From: Patescibacteria group bacterium
GTDB lineage: Bacteria > Patescibacteriota > UBA1384 > CAILIB01
NCBI GenBank assembly: GCA_041917855.1
Contig: JAYRWT010000044.1
Span: forward strand, 21,563-85,562
Direction: 5' to 3'
DNA length: 64,000 bases
Shown: positions 1 to 9,766 of the stretch, in pieces
Position numbering within the stretch: the stretch's first letter is position 1
Layout of the letters: every line of letters starts with the position of its first letter
The notes under the pieces: generated by a model
The model's input: the letters and a program-made list of their open reading frames with translations, nothing else
Told to the model about the DNA's origin: nothing
The model's database searches: none
Translations under genes and position numbers: made by a program

Positions 1-20
1 TAAGCACGCTAGATAGAAAG

Positions 21-48
21 AAAACTGGCCCTAGATTGGGGCCGGTTT
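21..48 (-). terminator. Intrinsic terminator after the hxlR-like gene
   Basis: Hairpin ACTGGCCCC..GGGGCCGGT flanked by A and T runs, directly after the stop codon. Confidence 0.6.
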
Positions 49-359
49 TACTTTTTGGCGATTGACTCCGCCCACTCACCCAGATCCGCAATAATCCCCT
101 TAAGGGCGATGCCCTGCGGTGTGAGTGAGTACTCCACTTGAGGAGGGGATGTTGGTACCACCGTCTTTTTTAGTAGCTTATGCTCTACTAAATCTTTCAA
201 GCGCAGCGACAGGGCACGCGGGTTTATGCCGTCTACGGCATGTAAGAGTTCGTTAAAACCGCGTGGTCGTGTGCATAGCTGGTGAATGATGAGTAGGGTC
301 CACTTGCTACCAATCAGCTGTGTTGCTTTCTGGATTCCACAGGTATCTTCAAAACTCAT
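48..359 (-). CDS. HxlR-family winged-helix transcriptional regulator
   Basis: C-x-I..IGSKWTLLII, GINPRALSLRLKDL and VEYSLTPQG motifs; divergent from the redox operon. Confidence 0.88.
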   Translation of the reverse strand: MSFEDTCGIQKATQLIGSKWTLLIIHQLCTRPRGFNELLHAVDGINPRALSLRLKDLVEHKLLKKTVVPTSPPQVEYSLTPQGIALKGIIADLGEWAESIAKK

Positions 360-368
360 GAGAAACGC

Positions 369-397
369 TTGACACTATAAATAGTATAGTTAATAAT
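369..397 (+). promoter_or_regulatory. Sigma70 promoter with an overlapping inverted repeat (candidate HxlR operator)
   Basis: TTGACA at 369-374; ACTATA-N5-TATAGT inverted repeat at 374-390; AT-rich -10 region. Confidence 0.5.
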
Positions 398-428
398 TAT
401 TTTATATTAATAGCATAAAGTGATCCAC

Positions 429-785
429 ATGACCACTGAGGAAATAGTAGGGAAGTTAGTTGAATACATCAAGCGCGGTGAAAATGTTAAAGCAGAGGAA
501 GAGCTTTACGCAGATTCGGTTGTGTCGTTTGAGCAGGATGGTAGGTCTGCACACGGTAAAGAGGCAGTAATTGCTAAAACCAAGGCAGCAGTCGAGTACA
601 TTGAAGAGTTCCACTCCGTAGACGTCAGCAAGGCTTGGATTGGTGATAATAATTTTCTCCTCGAGATTACCATGGATGTTACCCCAAAGGGCGGCGAACG
701 AGTTACAATGACAGAGCTAGGCTTTTACAAGCTAACTGATGGTCTGGTAACAGAAGAGTACTTCTTTATGCAGCCAGCATTCTAG
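429..785 (+). CDS. SnoaL/NTF2-like protein
   Basis: ELYADSVVSFE..GKEAVIAK..ELGFYKLTDGLVTEEYF pattern; ATG at 429 preferred over GTG at 420. Confidence 0.75.
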   Translation: MTTEEIVGKLVEYIKRGENVKAEEELYADSVVSFEQDGRSAHGKEAVIAKTKAAVEYIEEFHSVDVSKAWIGDNNFLLEITMDVTPKGGERVTMTELGFYKLTDGLVTEEYFFMQPAF

Positions 786-792
786 GAGGAGT

Positions 793-1356
793 ATGCGGAT
801 TGGAATTATTCTGGGTAGCGTTAGAGAAAAACGCTCAGGGGAGCGCGTGGCTCGTTGGGCAGAGCGCAAGCTTGCCGAGATACATGGGGTAGAGCCGGTA
901 CTGCTTGACCTTAAGGAGTTTGATCTGCCGTTTTATAGCGAGGCTCTGAACCCTAATGATATTGAGACTTACAGCACAGATTCTGCCAACCGCTGGGCAG
1001 CGGCTGTGGCCGGAGTAGATGGCTTTTTAATCTTGGTTGCCGAGTACAACCATGGCTACACAGGTGTACTAAAAAACGCATTAGACTACCTATATAAGGA
1101 GTGGAATGGTAAGCCAGCCGCTATGCTTAGCTACTCAAGTGGTATGATGGGCGGCGCGCGGGCTGTAGAGCAATTGCGGCCGACGCTTTCACATCTAAAA
1201 CTGGTTGCGCTGCCCGAGGTGCTACACCTTGGAAAAGTTACAGAGGTCCTAAATGAAGCAGGTGAGGTACAATCCGGGCCCTTTGATGAGATTTTAAGCA
1301 AGCAACTAGTCGAGTTAGTTAGGTGGACTAAGCTACTTAGGGAACAAAACAGCTAG
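793..1356 (+). CDS. NAD(P)H-dependent FMN reductase
   Basis: IILGSVR, AEYNHGYTGVLKNALD, EWNGKP and GGARAVEQLR motifs; AGGAG ribosome binding site. Confidence 0.92.
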   Translation: MRIGIILGSVREKRSGERVARWAERKLAEIHGVEPVLLDLKEFDLPFYSEALNPNDIETYSTDSANRWAAAVAGVDGFLILVAEYNHGYTGVLKNALDYLYKEWNGKPAAMLSYSSGMMGGARAVEQLRPTLSHLKLVALPEVLHLGKVTEVLNEAGEVQSGPFDEILSKQLVELVRWTKLLREQNS

Positions 1357-1361
1357 ACTAT

Positions 1362-1388
1362 AGACCGGCACCCAGGTGCCGGTCTTCT
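1362..1388 (+). terminator. Terminator-like hairpin
   Basis: AGACCGGCAC-CCAG-GTGCCGGTCT, 10-bp stem after the stop codon. Confidence 0.55.
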
Positions 1389-1410
1389 CGTACTGGTATA
1401 GAATAGAGCT

Positions 1411-2916
1411 ATGTACGCACTGCTCTCACTGTTACCGGTAGCCGTTATTCTGTTTGGCCTACTATTCTTTAGGCGCCACATGCGCTTGGTTGCCCTGGCG
1501 GCTCTTGGTGTGGCAACCATACTAGCTTGGCAGATATGGCGAGTAGAGCCTGCAACCTTTAATGGCTCGGTGCTTAAAGGCATTATGACCATGATTGATA
1601 TTGGTATTGTGATCTTTGGCGCACTGGTATTTCTGGAAGTCATGCGGGCAGAGCGCGTGCTATCTTCTATTGAGCACTACCTACACAGTGTTTCGAGTGA
1701 TTCACGCATCCAAGTACTGTTACTTGCCTGGTTTTTTGGTGCTTTCCTGGAAGGCTCAGCAGGCTTTGGTATTCCTGCCTTAATTGTTGCCCCGTTGCTG
1801 GTAAATGTTGGGCTAAAGCCAGCTTTGGCAGTTATGCTTGCGCTCTTAGCAAATAGTGTTCCCGTAACCTTTGGCGCAGTAGGCACGCCAATCTTGGTTG
1901 GTTTAAGCGGCTTCCCAACCATGGCCATTGCTCAGCAGACGGCGTTCATTGCTGCGCTCTTGGGGCTCGGCTTACCCACCTTGCTATTGGCAGTCCTAAC
2001 AATCGGACTCAATCAGTCATGGAGGGAGTACTTTAGGGGCGGTTTGCCTTTTGCGCTTTGGAGCGGAGTAGCCTTTGTGGTTCCCTACTATTTTTCACTA
2101 CTGATCGGGCCAGAATTTCCCTCGCTCTTTGGAGCAATCATCGGCATGGTTTTGGCGATTATCCCACTAAAGTTTGGCTGGTTTGTACCGCCGCAACTGC
2201 ACAGAGCAAAAAACTACGAGCCTAACGAAAATCCACTCCACCTTGGCCGAACGCTCTTTCCCTACCTGCTACTAGTGGCGCTGCTGATTGGAGGTCGCCT
2301 GATTTTGCCGCAGTTTAGTATTAGTCTGCCAGGGGACTTGCTACACCAAGTGCGCCTGTTTAACCCAGGCTTACTCCTACTGTTTGTGGCCTCACTCTAC
2401 ATGCTGCGCTACCGCATGCCGCGCAGTGAAGTACTACGCTTTGCCAACGATGGCTTACTGCGTCTTGGTCGCCCGGCATTAATCATTTTTTGTACTGCCA
2501 CCATCATGCAAATTATGATGAACAGTGGTGTCAACACCTCAGGATTATCGAGTATGGTGGAGTATGGTTTTGATCGGCTGCAAACTGCCTGGCTGCCACT
2601 ATATGCGCCATTAGTGGGGGCGCTCGGTGGCTTTGTGGCGGGAAGCACAACCCTGTCAAATGTAATTTTTGGTAGCATACAGGCGTACTCTGCTTCTGTA
2701 GTTGGCTACTCCACGGTCGCAATTTTGGCCCTACAGGTAGTTGGCGCAACGGGAGGCAATATCATGTCGCTCACCAATGTAATTGCCGCGGTTTCTACGG
2801 TTGATGCCAAGCGAGAAGAAGGTCATATTATGCTTAGCCTGGTTGCGCCAGTCGCGCTCTACTTGGGGGCAGTGCTACTGATAGGTATAGCCGTAACAGG
2901 CATACTGCCTGGATAA
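1411..2916 (+). CDS. lctP: L-lactate permease
   Basis: DSRIQVLLLAWFFGAFLEGSAGFGIP, ANSVPVTFGAVGTP and GSTTLSN motifs; many TM helices. Confidence 0.88.
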   Translation: MYALLSLLPVAVILFGLLFFRRHMRLVALAALGVATILAWQIWRVEPATFNGSVLKGIMTMIDIGIVIFGALVFLEVMRAERVLSSIEHYLHSVSSDSRIQVLLLAWFFGAFLEGSAGFGIPALIVAPLLVNVGLKPALAVMLALLANSVPVTFGAVGTPILVGLSGFPTMAIAQQTAFIAALLGLGLPTLLLAVLTIGLNQSWREYFRGGLPFALWSGVAFVVPYYFSLLIGPEFPSLFGAIIGMVLAIIPLKFGWFVPPQLHRAKNYEPNENPLHLGRTLFPYLLLVALLIGGRLILPQFSISLPGDLLHQVRLFNPGLLLLFVASLYMLRYRMPRSEVLRFANDGLLRLGRPALIIFCTATIMQIMMNSGVNTSGLSSMVEYGFDRLQTAWLPLYAPLVGALGGFVAGSTTLSNVIFGSIQAYSASVVGYSTVAILALQVVGATGGNIMSLTNVIAAVSTVDAKREEGHIMLSLVAPVALYLGAVLLIGIAVTGILPG

Positions 2917-2985
2917 TTGCCCCCTTTTTCATCTACATTTCATCTCACAAAACTAGACTACGTAAGAAAACTCATAAGGAATTAC

Positions 2986-3522
2986 ATGGAGCAAAAGAAA
3001 CCAAATACAACGGTAATCACGGTCGGTGTTCTAGCTCTCGTTCTAGCTATAGCCGGGGGAGTATCACTACTAAATAAGCAAGAGACTACCGAAACAGCAG
3101 ATGCTGAATCTAATGACGGATCCAGGCAAACGACTGCGAGTAGCTCTGCGCAAAGCACGCCAACGAGCAGTGCTACAACTACAGCGGCCAGTACCGCTCC
3201 TGCAACTGCCTCTACGGCTGCAAACACATATAAAAACGGTACGTACTCGGCCAGTGGTACCTACAGTACTCCCGGAGGGGCGGAAAGCATAAACGTAACC
3301 TTAACCATAAAAGATGGTGTAGTTACAGACTCTAGCGTTAGCCAGTCAACGACTAACCGTGAGAGTCAGGAATTCTTTAACTCTTTTGCAGCGAGCTACA
3401 AAGGCAAAGTTGTTGGGCAAAAGCTAGAGAGCCTAAGCCTGAGTCGTGTCTCTGGCTCCTCACTCACCCCAAGAGGATTCAACAGCGCCCTGGCAAGCAT
3501 TAAATCAAAAGCAAAGAGCTAG
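2986..3522 (+). CDS. Membrane-anchored FMN-binding (flavinylated) domain protein
   Basis: N-terminal TM helix, Thr/Ala/Ser linker, YKNGTY..VTLTIKDGVV..RVSGSSLT flavinylation-like motif; adjacent to apbE. Confidence 0.75.
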   Translation: MEQKKPNTTVITVGVLALVLAIAGGVSLLNKQETTETADAESNDGSRQTTASSSAQSTPTSSATTTAASTAPATASTAANTYKNGTYSASGTYSTPGGAESINVTLTIKDGVVTDSSVSQSTTNRESQEFFNSFAASYKGKVVGQKLESLSLSRVSGSSLTPRGFNSALASIKSKAKS

Positions 3523-3523
3523 C

Positions 3524-4387
3524 GTGCAACGTCGAGAATTTGAGGCGATCGGCACGCACTGGATCATAGACCTAGAGTTGCCGGCAAAAACCCATGCCGA
3601 GCAACTTTTTACTACGGTTGATCAGCGTATTGCTCAGTTTGATAAAGACTACTCGAGGTTTCGGTCTGACTCACTAGTGCTGCGTATGGCTGAGCAGGCT
3701 GGAAAATACCGCTTGCCTGCAGATGCACAGCCTATGTTTGATCTGTATCAAAAACTATACACAGTCAGCGCTGGCGCGCTAACGCCGCTGATTGGTCAGG
3801 TTTTGGTTGATGCAGGTTACGATGCAGCCTATAGTTTAGAGCCCAAGCAGTTGCAACGCCCTCCTACCTGGGAAGAGGTACTTATTTATAACTATCCTCA
3901 CCTAACTTTACATAAACCCGCCTTGCTTGATGTCGGCGCAGCCGGAAAAGGTTACCTTGTAGATATTGTCGCAGAAATCTTACGCGAGGCTGGCTGTAAG
4001 CAATTTGTGATTGACGCAGGAGGCGATATAGCTGTAGACGTCTTGGCTAGCACACCGCAACGTATAGGGCTAGAGCATCCCGACGATCCGAGCAAAGCAA
4101 TTGGTGTGGTGACCGTAACAAAAGGTTCCCTCTGTGGCTCGGCGGGCAATAGGCGATCCTGGGAGGGTTTTACCCACACCATTGACCCTTTCACACTTGC
4201 TTCGCCCCGACACCTCAAGGCTACGTGGGTGCGCGCGGAAAGCACCCTGCTTGCTGACGGCTTAGCTACAGCCCTCTCATTTGTAGAGCCCTACGTTTTG
4301 CAACAGCACTTTAGTTTTGAGTATGTAGTGATGCAGGCTAATGATAGTGTTATCTATTCACCTGGGTTTGGCTTGGAGCTTGCCTAG
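3524..4387 (+). CDS. apbE: FAD:protein FMN transferase
   Basis: FEAIGT, YSRFRSDS, LDVGAAGKGYLVD, IDAGGDI, HTIDP and ADGLATAL motifs; probable GTG start at 3524. Confidence 0.88.
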   Translation: MQRREFEAIGTHWIIDLELPAKTHAEQLFTTVDQRIAQFDKDYSRFRSDSLVLRMAEQAGKYRLPADAQPMFDLYQKLYTVSAGALTPLIGQVLVDAGYDAAYSLEPKQLQRPPTWEEVLIYNYPHLTLHKPALLDVGAAGKGYLVDIVAEILREAGCKQFVIDAGGDIAVDVLASTPQRIGLEHPDDPSKAIGVVTVTKGSLCGSAGNRRSWEGFTHTIDPFTLASPRHLKATWVRAESTLLADGLATALSFVEPYVLQQHFSFEYVVMQANDSVIYSPGFGLELA

Positions 4388-4402
4388 CGCTATGCTGGAG
4401 CT

Positions 4403-5917
4403 ATGAAGTATATTGATCGTTTTCTCAACGCAATCACCATGTACCGGCTCTTGCTCTATGGGCTGGGCGTGCTGGTTACCGCTGCGTCTGTCCTGAGTTT
4501 ATTTGAGGATGTGCTACCCTTTACGACGCTGGCGTTGCTTGCCTCGCTCGGTGTTGCCCTGGCCGCTTGCGCGGGGAGTAACTGGGCGCTGGCTAAGCTG
4601 TATAGAGTACCCGCGAATGTAGAATCTAGCTACATTACAGCCTTAATTTTAGTGTGTATTATTACACCCACTGTTACTCTTGCTGACCTACTGACCATTG
4701 CTGCTGCTGGTGTGATCGCAATGGCTGCCAAGTACGTTCTGGCAATTAACCAAAAGCATGTCTTTAATCCAGCTGCTGTTGCTGCTGTATTGGTTGTTAT
4801 GCTTGGGTTTCACCATGTTAGTTGGTGGGTAGGAACGGGGGGAATGCTGCCACTTACCTTGGTTTTTGGCTTGCTCATAGTGCGTAAGATACGGCGTGCC
4901 GATTTATTTTTTGCTTACATTGTGCCCTCAGTCCTCATTTTGGCCTACCTCGGTATTGTGGTGGATCAGCGAACAACGGGCGAAGTGTTTGCCGAAATGT
5001 TTCGCTCTTGGCCACTGATTTTCTTTAGCACAGTTATGCTGACTGAACCGCTCACTACGCCACCAACAAGGTGGGGTAGGGTGGGGTACGGAGTTTTTGT
5101 AGCAGTAGTGATGAACAGTCGTTGGCACCTTGGTGCACTTGCTGTATCTCCGCAGTTGGCGCTAGTAGCAGGCAATCTTCTCTCATTTGCACTTAGTCCA
5201 AAACAGCGTCCAACGCTCACGCTCAAAGAAGTTGTAAAAATGGCACCAAATATTTGGGATTTTATTTTTACTCCCTCTGAGAAGGTACGATTTATTGCTG
5301 GGCAGTACGCTGAGTGGACGCTTGCACCAGATAAAGCAGACGATCGCGGTAACCGCCGTTACTTTACTATCGCATCAGCACCGCACGAGACGGATATTCA
5401 TTTAGGAGTAAAGTTCTACAGCCCATCGAGTTCTTTTAAAGAGATGCTCAGAGCCATGCAGCCAGGTGACACGCTTATGCTCGGACAAGTTTGTGGCGAC
5501 TTTGTACTGCCAACTCAGCCTCAACCGCTACTATTTTTAGCAGGAGGAATAGGGGTTACCCCCTTTAGGAGTATGCTGCACCACCTTTTGCAGCAGAAAG
5601 GCCCACTAGACGCTGTGCTTGTGTATTCAGCAGCTAGGGCGGAAGAAGTCGTATATCGCGATACTATAGCCTTAGCCCAATCACGAGGCCTGAGGGTAAT
5701 CTATGTATTGGGCACACCAGACAATGTCCCGGCTGACTGGAATGCACACCTGGGGTACATTACTCAAGAGCTACTAGCAAAATCTGTGCCAGATATTGCC
5801 AAGCGACGCGCCTATATTTCAGGTCCCAATCTATTTGTAGATGCAAGCAAGAAGGCAGTCCGTAGTCTAGGGGTACCAGCTAGCTCAATCGTCACAGATT
5901 ACTTTCCCGGGTACTAG
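4403..5917 (+). CDS. NqrB/RnfD-like membrane domain fused to an FNR-type FAD/NAD(P)H oxidoreductase
   Basis: HVFNPAA and MLTEPLTTP in the TM half; RYFTIAS, AGGIGVTPF and YISGP in the C-terminal half. Confidence 0.85.
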   Translation: MKYIDRFLNAITMYRLLLYGLGVLVTAASVLSLFEDVLPFTTLALLASLGVALAACAGSNWALAKLYRVPANVESSYITALILVCIITPTVTLADLLTIAAAGVIAMAAKYVLAINQKHVFNPAAVAAVLVVMLGFHHVSWWVGTGGMLPLTLVFGLLIVRKIRRADLFFAYIVPSVLILAYLGIVVDQRTTGEVFAEMFRSWPLIFFSTVMLTEPLTTPPTRWGRVGYGVFVAVVMNSRWHLGALAVSPQLALVAGNLLSFALSPKQRPTLTLKEVVKMAPNIWDFIFTPSEKVRFIAGQYAEWTLAPDKADDRGNRRYFTIASAPHETDIHLGVKFYSPSSSFKEMLRAMQPGDTLMLGQVCGDFVLPTQPQPLLFLAGGIGVTPFRSMLHHLLQQKGPLDAVLVYSAARAEEVVYRDTIALAQSRGLRVIYVLGTPDNVPADWNAHLGYITQELLAKSVPDIAKRRAYISGPNLFVDASKKAVRSLGVPASSIVTDYFPGY

Positions 5918-5919
5918 TA

Positions 5920-6954
5920 CTACTTAAATCCGTCCTTTGCGTAGGAGTAGACCGTTTCAGAGATTTTAGCGATGGTGTGCTCCACCTTGGCCACATCCGA
6001 CGCCTTACTCTTGGTCATGACACAGAGGAGGTAAGGGTGCTCACGGGTGTACACTATGCCACAGTCGTGCAGCTCTCCTTGCTCGGTGCCGCCACTTTTT
6101 TGCACAGTGCCTATGCCAAATTTGTGAGCTACTTTTACTTCACTCGGGACTCCTGCCACAAGACCGCTTTTATAGTCTGTTCGGCTAAGTAGTGCTAGCA
6201 CAGACTCAGAGTTTGCCTTATTCAGGTAAGTGGCATTAAATAGTGTGCGGAAGAAAAGTGAAAACTGGTAAGCCGTCATGTAGTCATCAATGGAGGTGAT
6301 GTTGTCGGGGTAGTGCAGTTGTAGGTCTTGGTAGGCTTGATTAAATTTTTCAATACCAAGATTTCGTAGTAGCACCTGAAAACTAATATTGTCGGAGTAG
6401 TTGATCATGTAGTCGATCAGCTGTGCATTAGTATAGCTCTTGCCAAACTGCGGTACTTCTTTGGGTACAATTGTAGTCCCAGCGTTATAATCAGTAGGAT
6501 CATCGATGGTAATAGTTTGGGTAAGGAGGCCCTGTACTGATTCAGATTCCTTATAGTACTGCAGCATAAGGGGGACCTTTTTCAGGCTAGCTGGGTAAAA
6601 CGTTTCGTCTGGATCAATGCTCATTTCACGACGATTAATAAGGTCACGCAGATAGACCGAAACCTTTGTGATATCACCCCGCGCTTTTGCCTCCGCAATA
6701 GTTTTTTCCAGTGCAGTTTTTACGGCAATCATTTCTTTATAATCATCCCCAGCCGGGTTTGTATCGCAGGTTAGGAGCGGTCTAATGTATGTGTAACCCG
6801 ATAGTCTCAAACAACCAGAAGTAGGGGGAACAACTGTTGTGTTAGGTTTAGAGTACCAGCCTACCCCAAAACCAATAGCCAACAGCGTGGTAGCGCCCAG
6901 TAAAACAGCTGTAGTTTTCCAGGTATGTGAATCAGATTTACGTGTGTTGCTCAT
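5920..6954 (-). CDS. Class A beta-lactamase-related serine hydrolase (membrane-anchored)
   Basis: SxxK (ASLKK), SDN, HKFG in place of KTG, and HDCGIVY. Confidence 0.8.
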   Translation of the reverse strand: MSNTRKSDSHTWKTTAVLLGATTLLAIGFGVGWYSKPNTTVVPPTSGCLRLSGYTYIRPLLTCDTNPAGDDYKEMIAVKTALEKTIAEAKARGDITKVSVYLRDLINRREMSIDPDETFYPASLKKVPLMLQYYKESESVQGLLTQTITIDDPTDYNAGTTIVPKEVPQFGKSYTNAQLIDYMINYSDNISFQVLLRNLGIEKFNQAYQDLQLHYPDNITSIDDYMTAYQFSLFFRTLFNATYLNKANSESVLALLSRTDYKSGLVAGVPSEVKVAHKFGIGTVQKSGGTEQGELHDCGIVYTREHPYLLCVMTKSKASDVAKVEHTIAKISETVYSYAKDGFK

Positions 6955-6989
6955 GGCTACATACTAACAAATTCTTCAGTCGCGTGTAG

Positions 6990-9425
6990 CTAGCGAATTA
7001 TTGTGCTTTCGCTGGCAAAAAATCGATGCTTGGCAATTTCAACAACACCTAGGTAGAGGGCAACTATACTGGCAATAGTAAGAAGGGCTGGGAAAGGTAG
7101 GGGGGTAAATCCAAGAAGGGAGCCAATAGGGAGCACGGTAATTAACCAGCTAACTCCTACTGCAGCAGATGCTCCTATAAGCAGGGTCAGACTAGGGCTG
7201 CTCTGTAGGAAGGGGATCTTTTTCGTGCGAATAATGTATACGACCAGCGTTTGGGTTGCTAACGACTCCAAAAACCATCCAGTTTGAAAGCTGCCATTTA
7301 GTAGGTTAAAGCCCCAATACAGCACACCAAAGGTCATAAAATCGAATACTGAACTGATTGGACCAAATACTAGCATAAAGCGCTTAATCTCTTGTATGTG
7401 CAGGCGGCGCGGCTTGAGAATCTCTTCTTCGTCTACATTGTCGCTGGGCAGGGCAAACTGCGAGGCCTCGTAGAGTAGATTATTTAATAGAACTTGTGTT
7501 GGTAGCATGGGGAGAAAGGGAAGGATGACGGAAGCGCCGGCCATGGAAAATACATTGCCGTAGTTAGAGGCAAGTACCATGCGCAGGTATTTGAGGGTAT
7601 TCACAAATGTTTTACGTCCCTCGCGTACGCCCCCTACGAGATCCTGCAAGCTTTTGTGCAGCAAAATAAGGTCGGCTGAATCTTTGGCAATATCGGTGGC
7701 GTTGTTAACAGAGATCCCCACATCTGCGGCGCGTAGTGAAGGGGCGTCGTTAATACCATCACCCATGTACCCAACTACGTTACCTGCCTTTTGTAGGGTT
7801 TGGATAATCCTGAGCTTCTGCTCTGGATTAACTCTTGCAAAAATACTTATCTCTCGTACAGCCTTCTCTAGTTGCTGGGGTGAGAGCGTATCTAGTTGGT
7901 CACCAGTAACTACACCTGTAACGGGTAGCGAGATATCTTGAGCAATACGTTGAGTAACGAGCTCGTTATCTCCAGTAATAATCTTGATTGCAATACCTAA
8001 GCGCTGCATTTCAGCCAAGGTGGGTGCAGCGGTTAGCTTGGCAGGATCAAGAAAGGCGACAAACCCCTGAAAACTCATGTCCTTTTCTTCAGTTGTTTCG
8101 TAACTTGCTTTACGCTTTACCACCCGAGAAGCTATGGCGAGCACCCTAAACCCGTCTCGGCTCAGCTGCTGGTAGGTTTTTTTAGCAACGGCTCGGGTGG
8201 CGGCATCGTCAAACTCACTACATACTCGCATTACTCCTTCAGGCGAGCCCTTGGCAATTAATAAAATCTTTCCTGCGTGCTCAACAACAACTGACTCTCG
8301 TCGTCGTTCAAAGTCAAAGGGCAGCTCATCAATCTTTTTGTACGATTTACTGTCCAAATGCCTAAAGTCGCGGATGGCATCATCGAGGGGATTCTTAAAG
8401 CCGGTAGTGAGTACACTATTTAAATAGGCATAGAGTAGTGTTGCATCGCAGGTTTTCCCAGCTCCATCTACGTATTTAACTAGTGAAATGTGATCTTCAG
8501 TTAATGTGCCTGTTTTATCTGTGCAGAGCACATTCATGCTACCGAAATTTTGTAGCGAGGAAAGTTTCTTGACGATTACGCCATGCTTGGCCATGGCTAA
8601 TGAACCCTTAGTTAGGTTAAGGGTTATGATCATGGGTAGTAGCTCGGGGGTGATACCTACGGCAAGTGCAATGGCAAAGAGTAGAGAGGTTAGCGCACTA
8701 CCTTTCAGAATGGTATTAACCGCAAAAACAACTATCACCAAAATGAGGGCTACTCGCAGTATTAGAAAGCTAAAGTCACGTATCTCACGATCAAATTCAG
8801 TGAGTCCAACCTTAGTATTAAGCGCAACAACCACCTTACTAAACTGCGTGGCCGCCCCTGTTTTTGTCACCTGCATAATTCCCTCACCACTGGATATGCT
8901 GCTACCCATGTAGAGTTCGCTGCCAACATTTTTTGCTTGTGGATAGGCCTCGCCGGTGAGTGAGGACTCGTTGCTAAATAAGTGTGTGGCGGCCACCACG
9001 TTGCCATCGGCGGGAACAATGTCTCCAGCTGAAAGAATCACAATGTCGCCAGGAACAAGCGCGCTCACTGGAATATTGCTCTGCTCTGCATCGCGTATAA
9101 CGGTGACGGTAATCCTTACACGCTTCTTTAATTCCTGCGCGGCTTTATCTGACTTATAGCTATTTACTGCGTCAAAAATGCTGCTCGCCAAAACTATGAG
9201 AATAATGATGGCTGAGCTTAGGGTTTCGCCAAAGTAGGCGGAGAGAGCTGCTGCTACTAGCAAAATTATGCCGAGCGGGTTCTTAAAGGAAGTTACTAAA
9301 AAAGAAAGAAGTGTATGATTCTTACGAATCTCAATTTCATTTGGTCCGTACTGGAGCGTGAGGCGAGTAATATCCTTACTGCTCAATCCAGTTTTGAACG
9401 GCGGTGTATGTAGTGGTGCCGGCAT
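6990..9425 (-). CDS. mgtA: Mg2+-translocating P-type ATPase
   Basis: LTGE, AVGITPELLP, DKTGTLT, PFDFERRR, GDGINDAP and FQTGWFLES motifs. Confidence 0.9.
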   Translation of the reverse strand: MPAPLHTPPFKTGLSSKDITRLTLQYGPNEIEIRKNHTLLSFLVTSFKNPLGIILLVAAALSAYFGETLSSAIIILIVLASSIFDAVNSYKSDKAAQELKKRVRITVTVIRDAEQSNIPVSALVPGDIVILSAGDIVPADGNVVAATHLFSNESSLTGEAYPQAKNVGSELYMGSSISSGEGIMQVTKTGAATQFSKVVVALNTKVGLTEFDREIRDFSFLILRVALILVIVVFAVNTILKGSALTSLLFAIALAVGITPELLPMIITLNLTKGSLAMAKHGVIVKKLSSLQNFGSMNVLCTDKTGTLTEDHISLVKYVDGAGKTCDATLLYAYLNSVLTTGFKNPLDDAIRDFRHLDSKSYKKIDELPFDFERRRESVVVEHAGKILLIAKGSPEGVMRVCSEFDDAATRAVAKKTYQQLSRDGFRVLAIASRVVKRKASYETTEEKDMSFQGFVAFLDPAKLTAAPTLAEMQRLGIAIKIITGDNELVTQRIAQDISLPVTGVVTGDQLDTLSPQQLEKAVREISIFARVNPEQKLRIIQTLQKAGNVVGYMGDGINDAPSLRAADVGISVNNATDIAKDSADLILLHKSLQDLVGGVREGRKTFVNTLKYLRMVLASNYGNVFSMAGASVILPFLPMLPTQVLLNNLLYEASQFALPSDNVDEEEILKPRRLHIQEIKRFMLVFGPISSVFDFMTFGVLYWGFNLLNGSFQTGWFLESLATQTLVVYIIRTKKIPFLQSSPSLTLLIGASAAVGVSWLITVLPIGSLLGFTPLPFPALLTIASIVALYLGVVEIAKHRFFASESTIIR

Positions 9426-9506
9426 ATGCTCTACCAGTATACATCTGGTTACCTTAAAAAAGTGGGGGCTTTGTGCTAGACTACAGCCAAATCAGTAAGC
9501 CATCCT

Positions 9507-9761
9507 ATGAATTGTCCAGTATGCAGTGCGAACTTGGTTATGTCTGAGCGTTCTGGGGTAGAGATCGACTACTGTCCTCAGTGTCGCGGTGTTTGGTTAG
9601 ACCGCGGTGAGCTCGACAAGATTATCGAAAAAGCAGAAGGAGCAACTCCAGCAGCGCAACGTGCTCCCCAGCCACAGCAACACTACCCGCAGCACGACCG
9701 ACACGAGCATCGCCCGCACAAGCGACGTGAGTCATTCTTGGGTGATTTATTCGACTTTTAG
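9507..9761 (+). CDS. zf-TFIIB-type zinc-ribbon protein
   Basis: CPVC..EIDYCPQCRGVWLDRGELDKII and C-terminal SFLGDLFDF. Confidence 0.85.
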   Translation: MNCPVCSANLVMSERSGVEIDYCPQCRGVWLDRGELDKIIEKAEGATPAAQRAPQPQQHYPQHDRHEHRPHKRRESFLGDLFDF

Positions 9762-9766
9762 CCGAG

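Noticed and set aside
5920-6954. Bona fide beta-lactam resistance gene
   Set aside because: KFG replaces KTG and no clear omega-loop Glu is visible; more likely a cell-wall-related serine hydrolase.
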